DNA of 64,000 nt. Origin: Bacteriovoracaceae bacterium UBA4097. Its GTDB lineage: Bacteria > Bdellovibrionota > Bacteriovoracia > Bacteriovoracales > Bacteriovoracaceae. The notes under the pieces were generated by a model. That model did no database searches and was not told the DNA's origin. It saw only the letters and a program-made list of their open reading frames with translations. Position numbers and translations under genes: made by a program. How positions within the stretch are numbered: the first letter of the stretch is position 1; every line of letters starts with the position of its first letter. Where the stretch lies: NCBI GenBank assembly GCA_002381765.1, contig DFXX01000037.1, forward strand, positions 223 to 64,222, in the 5' to 3' direction. Positions 39,761-47,863 of this stretch are shown here, piece after piece.

Positions 39761-39838
39761 AGGGACTCCTTAATTGTGTAAGGAGTTCATACCAGAGTAT
39801 GGGCGAGGCTCAAGGGAGTTTGAAGATATTACTTGAGA

Positions 39839-42232
39839 TTATGGTAGGAAGTTTGGTTTTGGTAGGATCCAGGAGGTGGTATTGGAAGCAAAACCCGTAT
39901 ATATTGTAACCTGGGCCACATTCCAACCGCTTAAATCCTGATTCATTTTATTTGCATATTGGAACATATAGCTCATATCGGTAACTTTTGAAGTGTCCCA
40001 GTCACTTATGTCCTGATTAAAATCTACGGCGGATCTGAACATGTGACTCATACGTGTTACTCGGGCAGTATTCCAGTTTCCAATATTTTGATTAAAAGCT
40101 CTTGCTGAGTCAAAAGTATAGCGCATATCGGATACTAATGACGTGTTCCAAGAACTGATATCTTGGTTAAATACTAAAGCTCCATAAAAGGTGGCATACA
40201 AGTCTGCAACCTTTGAAACGTTCCATTTGCCAATTTTTTGATTGAACGCACGTGCCGACCTGAATGTTCCCTGTAAACTAGTTACCTTGGAGACATCCCA
40301 ATTGCTGATATCGTTGTTGAAGAGATAAGTGCCATCAAAGGCATAACCCATCTGAGTCACAGATGAGGTTATCCATTGACTGAGATCTCCTTCAAAATAA
40401 GTGGCATCTTTGAATATATTATGAAAATTAGTCACATTACTTAGATCAGGAATACTGCTTGCAGTAATTTTCAAGTTTTTGCAATTAATGAAAGCATCCT
40501 GCATCGTGCTCCATTTGTTGGGCCCCCATTCAATAATTTCAATGAATTTTAATGGGTCTTTGTTTCCAAGAGTTCTCATTTGATTGTAGGTACCGGTCAT
40601 GGTTACAGTGTAAATTCCTGGAGCTGGATACTGATGAATAAGTCCAGCTTCTCCATCTGTACTTCTTACTCTTTGGATGGCACTTCCATCTCCCCAGTTC
40701 ACATTGACATCATAAGTTCCCACAAGGGGTAATATGATCGAATCACTCGCTGTGTATCCTGCATTAGCTGTATTCCAGCGTGTGATAAATGAGAGTTGTT
40801 TCAGCTCAAAAGCGGCACTTGCTAGATTTGAAACCAGGGTGTTCGCTGTAACAGTATAGCTCATACTTGCCGGGCCACTATATCCAGTTGAACCGGTTAG
40901 TCCCACAAAGCAACCACCCACCCTGCACGCACAGGGAGTGGTAATTGTAACATTAACCAAATTCGAGATACTGCAACTTGTGGCCGGATGATTGTCAGGG
41001 TCTTCATAATTTAGTTTTACTACAAACTCTTGATCTCTCTGTCTGGTGGTCAATGGCAAATTAAAGGCAAGAGGAGCTGTATCATAAAAGAAGGGTGGTT
41101 TTGGTTGCACCCAGGAAGTCGCTCCAGTGCTGTAATCATTGTAGGAAGTAACACCAGTTATATCCCAATTACTAAGATTCTGATTAAATGCAGTGGCATT
41201 CTCAAACATATTACTCATGTCTGTGACATTTGATATATTCCAGCCACTAATATTCTGATTAAATGCAGAAGTATTGCAGAACATATGGGTCATAGTAGTC
41301 ACATGACCTGTATTCCAAGAGCTAATATCTTGATTAAAAGCAGAAGCTCCGCAGAACATATAGCTTAGATCAGTAGCTGCCGAGATATTCCAGGTCCCAA
41401 TATTACTATTAAAGCTAGAAGCCTCTCTGAACATTGAACTCAGGTTAGTTACTAGACTCAGATCCGGAGCATTTGTTGCAGTGATTTGTAAATTAGAGGC
41501 GCCATAGAAGGCCCCTTCCATAGTTGCCCATTGATTGTTTCCCCAGGAAACGACTTTCAGAATTTTTTGAGCATCGCCACCATTATTAAATGAGAGGCGA
41601 TCAAAGATTCCATCTATGGTAACTGTGTAAACACCAGGAGTAGTGTAGGTATGGGTCTTATTGGCATCGTTCCAACTAGTGATGGTGTTGGTGGAACCAT
41701 CACCCCAGTCAACCAGGAAATTATAATTACCACCACTCACTAAAGGCAGGGTGATTTGATTATTGGCCGATGTTCCAGTGTTATCTGTTTTCCATTCTGT
41801 TGTGAAAAGCACATCTAAGTTGAATTGAGCTCTGGCGGTATTGGAGGTAAGAGAATTAGTAGTAACAGTGAAGTCAAGGCCCGCTACTCCTGTGTAGCCC
41901 ACATCTCCGGTTACTCCTACCTTACAAATGCCGTTTCCATCGCAGGCGCATAGAGTGGTTACGGTGAGGTGACTTAAGTTAGAGACGGTGCAACTCGTGG
42001 CCAGATCGGTGTCAATATCGGTGTAATTAAGCACTATAAAATTCTCCACCTGAGAGCGGCGAGTATGGGTAGAGAGATTAGTGACGGTAGGAGGATTATC
42101 GATGTGAGGAGTTTCAATATAGGGAACCTCTCCCTCGGAGCTATCGGTAATTCTTGTCTTTTTTAGTTCAACATTACACGCGCTCACCAGGAAGAGAGAA
42201 AGGAGTGATAATACTGTTAGAATAATCTTCAT
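39839..42232 (-). CDS. BspA/DUF285 repeat surface lipoprotein with two PKD-like modules
   Basis: Lipobox VSAC; duplicated module (Cys-rich Ig-like, VDWGDG PKD, ~25-aa FNQxIxxWxxSxVTxMxxMF repeats, W..PKP end). Confidence 0.93.
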   Translation of the reverse strand: MKIILTVLSLLSLFLVSACNVELKKTRITDSSEGEVPYIETPHIDNPPTVTNLSTHTRRSQVENFIVLNYTDIDTDLATSCTVSNLSHLTVTTLCACDGNGICKVGVTGDVGYTGVAGLDFTVTTNSLTSNTARAQFNLDVLFTTEWKTDNTGTSANNQITLPLVSGGNYNFLVDWGDGSTNTITSWNDANKTHTYTTPGVYTVTIDGIFDRLSFNNGGDAQKILKVVSWGNNQWATMEGAFYGASNLQITATNAPDLSLVTNLSSMFREASSFNSNIGTWNISAATDLSYMFCGASAFNQDISSWNTGHVTTMTHMFCNTSAFNQNISGWNISNVTDMSNMFENATAFNQNLSNWDITGVTSYNDYSTGATSWVQPKPPFFYDTAPLAFNLPLTTRQRDQEFVVKLNYEDPDNHPATSCSISNLVNVTITTPCACRVGGCFVGLTGSTGYSGPASMSYTVTANTLVSNLASAAFELKQLSFITRWNTANAGYTASDSIILPLVGTYDVNVNWGDGSAIQRVRSTDGEAGLIHQYPAPGIYTVTMTGTYNQMRTLGNKDPLKFIEIIEWGPNKWSTMQDAFINCKNLKITASSIPDLSNVTNFHNIFKDATYFEGDLSQWITSSVTQMGYAFDGTYLFNNDISNWDVSKVTSLQGTFRSARAFNQKIGKWNVSKVADLYATFYGALVFNQDISSWNTSLVSDMRYTFDSARAFNQNIGNWNTARVTRMSHMFRSAVDFNQDISDWDTSKVTDMSYMFQYANKMNQDLSGWNVAQVTIYTGFASNTTSWILPKPNFLP

Positions 42233-42239
42233 AACTACA

Positions 42240-42267
42240 GGATCGGCATTCTTCTTATTGATCTTTA
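42240..42267 (-). promoter_or_regulatory. Putative sigma28 (FliA) promoter
   Basis: Minus strand TAAA-N16-GCCGATCC just upstream of the BspA start. Confidence 0.5.
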
Positions 42268-42378
42268 AAGGTTGTTAAGAAAATTTTTTTATTCTAATTA
42301 GAATGCATTGCTAAATAAAGTATATGTACCTAGAGCTAGGCCTCTTATGGCACAATGAGGTTCAAAGAGGTTGAAATC

Positions 42379-43764
42379 ATGACAAATACTTTAAAAGAAA
42401 TAAGAAGTATCAATCCTGCCAATCATGAACTTCTAGGGATCTTTCAAAAGCATACCCCGGATCAAGTCGAGTCAGCAGTTGAGCATTCATGGAAGGCCTT
42501 TACTTCCTATCGAGTGTCCAGCTTCAAGGAGCGCTCGCAAATTCTCCTAAGAGCGGCGGAGATTCTTGAGTCAGAGAAAGAGCGTTGGGGAAAGCTCATG
42601 AGTCTAGAGATGGGAAAGACTCTAAAATCTGGAATAGAAGAGGCCCAGAAATGTGCCTTATGCTGCCGCTATTATGCTGAGAAAGGAGAAGAGTTTCTTT
42701 CGAGCGAAAATGTCCCCGGTAAACGAGGAGAAAGGCGCATGGTGGAGTTTACTCCCTTGGGGCCAGTCCTTGCAATTATGCCGTGGAATTTTCCCTTCTG
42801 GCAGGTTATTAGATTTCTTGCCCCGGCACTTATGGCAGGCAATACTGCGCTCTTAAAGCATGCTTCCAATGTGCCTCAATGTGCTTTAGCAATTGAAGAA
42901 ATTTTTCTTCGGGCGGGCTCACCTGATGGAGTTTTTCAAACGCTTCTTATAAGTTCCAAGGATGTCTCTTCGCTGATTGATGACCCACGAATTCGAGCAG
43001 TCACTCTTACGGGCAGTGAAGAGGCCGGAATAGATGTGGCCATTCATGCAGGAAGAAATCTCAAGAAAGTCGTTTTAGAGCTTGGAGGGAGCGATCCCTT
43101 CATTGTTATGCCTAGTGCTGATTTGGATAAGGCGGTTAAGATGGCGGTTAAGGCCAGAACCATTAACAATGGTGAATCCTGTGTGGCGGCTAAGCGCTTT
43201 ATTGTTCATGAATCTATTGCCGATGAATTTGAAAAGAAATTTATAGCAGGGATGAGAGGACTTAAGGTAGGTGATCCCCTTGATGTTCTAACTGAGATTG
43301 GTCCCCTGGCCACTGACAGTATTAGGGAGAGTTTGATCGACCAAGTTGAGCGTTCAGTGAAAGGGGGAGGAAAGATTTTAACTGGTGGCAAAGCTGTTTC
43401 AGGAGCGGGCAATTTCTTTGAGCCCACCATCATTTCAGGATTAACACCTGAATCTTCGACTTATTATGAAGAGTTCTTTGGTCCGGTCGCACTCCTTTTC
43501 CGCGTGAAAAATTTAGAAGAGGCCATGAAAATGGCCAATGACACTCATTTTGGTCTAGGGGCCACATTCTGGTCACATGATGCTGAAGAGCAACAGATCT
43601 TTATTCGTGATATTGAGTCCGGTATGGCCTTTGTCAATGCTCAGGTGGCATCTGATCCCGCTCTTCCATTTGGTGGGATGAAAAGATCAGGAATTGGAAG
43701 AGAGCTTTCTCACTTTGGAATTCGGGAATTCACTAATATTAAAACGGTGGTGATTGCCGAGTAG
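42379..43764 (+). CDS. NAD(P)-dependent succinate-semialdehyde dehydrogenase family aldehyde dehydrogenase
   Basis: IMPWNFP, LKHA, LTGS, LELGGSDP, GESCVA, EEFFGP, PFGG. Confidence 0.95.
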   Translation: MTNTLKEIRSINPANHELLGIFQKHTPDQVESAVEHSWKAFTSYRVSSFKERSQILLRAAEILESEKERWGKLMSLEMGKTLKSGIEEAQKCALCCRYYAEKGEEFLSSENVPGKRGERRMVEFTPLGPVLAIMPWNFPFWQVIRFLAPALMAGNTALLKHASNVPQCALAIEEIFLRAGSPDGVFQTLLISSKDVSSLIDDPRIRAVTLTGSEEAGIDVAIHAGRNLKKVVLELGGSDPFIVMPSADLDKAVKMAVKARTINNGESCVAAKRFIVHESIADEFEKKFIAGMRGLKVGDPLDVLTEIGPLATDSIRESLIDQVERSVKGGGKILTGGKAVSGAGNFFEPTIISGLTPESSTYYEEFFGPVALLFRVKNLEEAMKMANDTHFGLGATFWSHDAEEQQIFIRDIESGMAFVNAQVASDPALPFGGMKRSGIGRELSHFGIREFTNIKTVVIAE

Positions 43765-43774
43765 TGGGGCATGG

Positions 43775-44329
43775 ATGAATCAATTATCATTATTTCCCGA
43801 GAAGAAAAAAGTTCCTACCGGATTCACCTACTATCCAAATTTTATCACATCAGAGGAAGAGCAAGAACTCTTGACTATTATCAAGGACCTCAGCTTTTCG
43901 AGCTTTGAGATGCATGGGGTAGAGGCCAAGCGGAAGATCATTCATTATGGAATGAAGTATGATTTTCTTAACCGATCAGCTTCAAGTATTGGCCCCATTC
44001 CAGAATGGCTTTGGGACCTAAAAAATCGCAGTGAAGTTTTATTAGGGAAAGTTATACCTCAAGCACTCGTAACTTCCTATCCCATAGGTTCAGCTATTGG
44101 CTGGCATCATGATGCTCCTTCTTTTGAATCCCTTTTGGGTATATCTCTTTTAAATAGTTGTCGCTTTCAATTAAGAAGAGGAGAGATGAGACATTGGGAG
44201 AAGTATGAAATTAATCTTGAGGCCCGATCAGCTTATGTTGTAAGGGATGAGGCAAGATGGCAGTGGCAGCATCATATCCCTCCGGTGAAGGACCAACGGT
44301 ACTCAATAACCTTTCGTACAATAATTTAA
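43775..44329 (+). CDS. AlkB-like 2OG-Fe(II) oxygenase
   Basis: IGWHHD, WQHHIP, RYSITFR. Confidence 0.9.
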   Translation: MNQLSLFPEKKKVPTGFTYYPNFITSEEEQELLTIIKDLSFSSFEMHGVEAKRKIIHYGMKYDFLNRSASSIGPIPEWLWDLKNRSEVLLGKVIPQALVTSYPIGSAIGWHHDAPSFESLLGISLLNSCRFQLRRGEMRHWEKYEINLEARSAYVVRDEARWQWQHHIPPVKDQRYSITFRTII

Positions 44330-44742
44330 GCTGAGACTTTTTTAAGAAGATCACTCAGAGTCATTTTATCCAGATAAGCATGGGTATTGGCCTCAATGCC
44401 ATTAACGATTCCGCATAAAATTTCCTGCATGGAGCAGCTCACAGGACAGGCCTTAGTAATGGGTTTATTGGGAGTGCAAAGCATTTGCTTTTCTTCCAGA
44501 GAAGCTAGGTAGATATCTTTTAAGGAAATAGCTGCGGGGTCCTTACTGATGCGGATACCGCCACCTTTTCCGCGAAAGCTTTCAATCAAACCTGCTTCAA
44601 CCAATCTAGAAACGAGTTTTCTTATGAATGTGGGATTAGTCTTGAGCACCTTGGCCAATTGGTCTGAGCTCATCAGCTCATTTTGATGATAGGCCAGGGA
44701 GACCATGATATGAACCGAGACCGGAAAGCGTGTATCTACCAT
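44326..44742 (-). CDS. Rrf2-family transcriptional regulator
   Basis: RFPVSVHIM, TNPTFIRK, GKGGG, ISLKDIY, CPVSC. Confidence 0.93.
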   Translation of the reverse strand: MVDTRFPVSVHIMVSLAYHQNELMSSDQLAKVLKTNPTFIRKLVSRLVEAGLIESFRGKGGGIRISKDPAAISLKDIYLASLEEKQMLCTPNKPITKACPVSCSMQEILCGIVNGIEANTHAYLDKMTLSDLLKKVSA

Positions 44743-44780
44743 TTATAGATCATAGCAAGTTTTCATGAATAATGGAAATA

Positions 44781-44843
44781 AATGTATTAATTATGGTTGC
44801 ATTTAAACTGATTTAGTTATAATGTATCATTCATGGATGCATT
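44781..44843. promoter_or_regulatory. Two repeated dyad operators (putative Rrf2 sites) flanking a TATAAT box
   Basis: AATGTATTAATTATGGTTGCATT (44781-44803) and AATGTATCATTCATGGATGCATT (44821-44843), 40 bp apart; TATAAT at 44818-44823. Confidence 0.75.
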
Positions 44844-44857
44844 AAGCTTTCTACCTT

Positions 44858-44936
44858 GGAGATGTACCCAAGTGGTCTAAGGGAATCTGCCTTGCACGGC
44901 AGTTGTTCGGTGGTTCGAATCCATCCATCTCCTCCA
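44858..44936 (+). tRNA. Atypical tRNA / tRNA-like RNA (Cys-like body, non-canonical anticodon arm)
   Basis: Acceptor GGAGATG/CATCTCC, U73, encoded CCA, D-arm CCC-AAGTGGTCTAA-GGG, T-arm GGTGG-TTCGAAT-CCATC; anticodon hairpin CTGCC-TTGCAC-GGCAG has a 6-nt loop. Confidence 0.8.
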
Positions 44937-44955
44937 ACTATAACTAGAGGTCTTC

Positions 44956-46008
44956 ATGTCGGTATTATTTCAACCTTTAAAACTTGGTTCCCTCACACTT
45001 CCTAATCGTATTGTTATGGCCCCTCTTACGCGGGCCCGGGCCGGTGCGAGTAGAATTCCTAATGCTCTTATGGCCGAATACTATGCTCAGAGAAGCTCTG
45101 CGGGTTTAATTCTTACTGAAGCAACCTCTGTCGATCCTATGGGTGTGGGTTATGCGGATACTCCTGGAATTTGGTCCCAGGAGCAGGTTGAGGGTTGGAA
45201 GAAGATTACCTCTGCTGTTCATGCTAAAGACGGAAGGATTTTTATGCAGCTCTGGCATGTAGGAAGAATTTCTGATCCTATGTTTCTGGATGGAAAAACA
45301 CCTGTGGCCCCTTCTGCTATTGCGGCCAGTGGACATGTTAGTCTTGTTCGTCCGGAGAAAAATTATGTGACTCCACGAGCACTTGAAACAGAAGAGATCG
45401 CCGGTATTGTTGAGGCCTACAGAAAGGGGGCTGAGAATGCTAAAAAGGCAGGCTTTGATGGGGTTGAGATTCATGGTGCTAATGGATATCTCCTGGATCA
45501 GTTTCTGCAAGATGGAACAAATAAGCGCACGGATAAGTATGGTGGAAGTGTAGAAAATCGCGCACGTCTTTTACTTGAAGTGGTGGATGCCGCTACTAGT
45601 GTTTGGGGAGCTGAACGAGTGGGAGTGCATCTCTCGCCTCGAGGGGATTCTCATTCCATGTCTGATTCAGATCCAAAGGCGACTTTTGGTTATGTGGCCC
45701 GTGAATTAGGAAAAAGAAAAATCGCCTTCATTTTTACTCGTGAGTATCAGGGAGAAGATAGTCTCTCTCCTATGATGAAAAATGAATTTGGTGGAGTCTT
45801 TATTGCCAATGAGAAATTCAATAAAGAAAGTGCAGAGAAATTTATTTCAGAAGGCATGGCCGATGCAGTATCCTTTGGAGTTCCTTACATTTCTAATCCT
45901 GATCTGGTGGAGCGTTTCTCACAAAACGTACCCCTAAATGAAACAAATTTCACAACCATTTATGGCAAAGGAGCTTTGGGTTATACGGACTATCCGGCAT
46001 TTAAATAG
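44956..46008 (+). CDS. Old Yellow Enzyme / alkene reductase (NemA/XenB-like)
   Basis: NRIVMAPLTR, QLWHVGR, EIHGANGYLLDQFL, YTDYP. Confidence 0.95.
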   Translation: MSVLFQPLKLGSLTLPNRIVMAPLTRARAGASRIPNALMAEYYAQRSSAGLILTEATSVDPMGVGYADTPGIWSQEQVEGWKKITSAVHAKDGRIFMQLWHVGRISDPMFLDGKTPVAPSAIAASGHVSLVRPEKNYVTPRALETEEIAGIVEAYRKGAENAKKAGFDGVEIHGANGYLLDQFLQDGTNKRTDKYGGSVENRARLLLEVVDAATSVWGAERVGVHLSPRGDSHSMSDSDPKATFGYVARELGKRKIAFIFTREYQGEDSLSPMMKNEFGGVFIANEKFNKESAEKFISEGMADAVSFGVPYISNPDLVERFSQNVPLNETNFTTIYGKGALGYTDYPAFK

Positions 46009-47172
46009 TTACTTCCCTTTTAAAAATCGGTCCACCTTACCTTCACGTACGAAGAACTCATAGCAAATCAGCAGAAGAGTTGTGCTGAGGAGAAACACCA
46101 AAGCACCTTTTGTGAGTGCAGGTAAGGTCAGATCTTTTAGAAGAAAGACCATCAGGATGACGATGGGAAAATGAAAGATATATATCCAGTAGGAACTTGT
46201 TGAAAGATAAGTCACTGCAGGATGAGGCCTCAGATAAATTCTTCGGGCCAAACCTAAAGACGAAAAAATTAAGCTCCATGCACTGAAAGCAGAGAGAAAA
46301 CAAAGAATAAAGAGATTATCCTCTGCTAGATTATTCATATTGAAGGTTAGGTAGAAGATAATTCCTAGTCCAATCACTAAAGCCGTAATGTTGGTCAAAT
46401 AAGAATTGACGCTTCTCGAAGCTCTTCCATAATTGATCCACCCAAACAGAAAGAAGATGAAGTAGACAAGAAAGGCTCCCCTTTTCGGAAAGAAGCTAGC
46501 AGCAGCATTTACTGACCCCCCGTGAAAAGAAATAACTATTGCCAACAAAAGGGAGAGAGTAGGTATGCTTGTATAAGAGGAAAAACTTGGCATATTTTTT
46601 TCTAACCAACCAGATCTTAGAATTCTCTCTAGCAGTACAACCGTGGAATAGCAGTAAAGAAGATAGAAGAGAAACCACAGATGAATAGGGCCTGAAACAG
46701 ACAGAATATAGGAAAGAGTTACTTCTTCTTTTAAGTTTAATAGAGGAAGAAGACCGAGACCAACTAGACCAAAGAGAATGGGCCAGAAGACAATAAGTGG
46801 ATAAAGAATTCTTTTTTTCCTCTTATGGAGAAAGGCCAGTCTTCCTTCTTTCTCATAACTATATCTTCCAAAGAAGCCGGCCATGACAAAGAAAAGTGGC
46901 ATTCTAAAAATGTGTATCACGTTATGAAAATAATCAAAGAAGGCATGGTTTTTTGCGTCTTTATAGGGCCAGAGTGTCAAGGTCTCTTGGGGGCCGATGG
47001 AGAAGGGCCAGCTTGCGCCATGGCTCTCCATTCCATAGGAGATTGTGCCATGAAGGGCGATGCCTAAGAGCACCATAAAAGCACGAAGAGCATCAAAGTA
47101 ATAGTAGTTCTCAATATTTTTTTCAGAAGGTGTGGCTTCCATATCAGGAATCATAGTATTCTTAATGCCCAA
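46009..47172 (-). CDS. Acyltransferase family 3 (OpgC/MdoC-like)
   Basis: FDALRA, IHIFRMPLFF..AGFF, HLWFL, SSYWIYIFH; exact start uncertain. Confidence 0.88.
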   Translation of the reverse strand: MGIKNTMIPDMEATPSEKNIENYYYFDALRAFMVLLGIALHGTISYGMESHGASWPFSIGPQETLTLWPYKDAKNHAFFDYFHNVIHIFRMPLFFVMAGFFGRYSYEKEGRLAFLHKRKKRILYPLIVFWPILFGLVGLGLLPLLNLKEEVTLSYILSVSGPIHLWFLFYLLYCYSTVVLLERILRSGWLEKNMPSFSSYTSIPTLSLLLAIVISFHGGSVNAAASFFPKRGAFLVYFIFFLFGWINYGRASRSVNSYLTNITALVIGLGIIFYLTFNMNNLAEDNLFILCFLSAFSAWSLIFSSLGLARRIYLRPHPAVTYLSTSSYWIYIFHFPIVILMVFLLKDLTLPALTKGALVFLLSTTLLLICYEFFVREGKVDRFLKGK

Positions 47173-47202
47173 GTCAACGAGCAGAGCTCACTAGTAAGAG
47201 GT

Positions 47203-47739
47203 ATGAAAATGAACCCATGGCATGATGTGGACTTAGAGTTCTCGGAAAATGAAGGACTCAACTGTATTATTGAAATTCCCGCAGGATCAAAGATCAAGTA
47301 TGAGATCGATAAGAACTCGGGTCTCTTGAAGGTGGACCGCATCCTTTATAGTTCAGTCCACTATCCGAGTAATTATGGATTTTTTCCACAAACCTTTTGC
47401 GATGATAATGATCCTCTGGATGTTCTAGTTATCGGCCAGCTGCCTGTGGCCTCACTCTCAATCATGAATGTCAGACCGATTGGAGTTATTCGCATGATCG
47501 ATCAAGGTAAGGAAGATGATAAGGTCATATCGGTTCACTGCCATGATCCGGAATATAATCATATTAAATCGATCAAGGAACTGGCCCCACACAAGATGAG
47601 AGAGATGAGACGTTTTTTTGAGAGCTATAAGGAGCTTGAAAAGAAGGATGTGAAGATCAGTTCCATCGATGATGAGAAAGAAGCGATGAAGGTTATTAAG
47701 GCCGCCATCTCCTTGTATCAAAAAGAGTTTCGCTCTTAA
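47203..47739 (+). CDS. ppa: Family I inorganic pyrophosphatase
   Basis: IIEIPAGSKIKYE, YPSNYGF, DDNDPLD, DQGKEDDK. Confidence 0.95.
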   Translation: MKMNPWHDVDLEFSENEGLNCIIEIPAGSKIKYEIDKNSGLLKVDRILYSSVHYPSNYGFFPQTFCDDNDPLDVLVIGQLPVASLSIMNVRPIGVIRMIDQGKEDDKVISVHCHDPEYNHIKSIKELAPHKMREMRRFFESYKELEKKDVKISSIDDEKEAMKVIKAAISLYQKEFRS

Positions 47740-47863
47740 GTGGCAGAAAAAATGGTCACTTCTTTGTGAAAGCACCTTCAAAAAAATCAGCTATTTAGAC
47801 AGGGAAATTATTTCATCTCATGAATTAACTTAGAAAAACTCAAGCTAATGATAATATGGGGTT

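Noticed and set aside
39900-41500. ~75-bp periodicity as a CRISPR array or DGR template/variable repeats
   Set aside because: DUF285 protein repeats; no cas or reverse transcriptase gene in the window
44858-44936. Ordinary tRNA-Ala(UGC), tRNA-Sec or an integration site
   Set aside because: No G3:U70, no long variable arm or UCA anticodon, and no integrase or duplicated 3' end nearby
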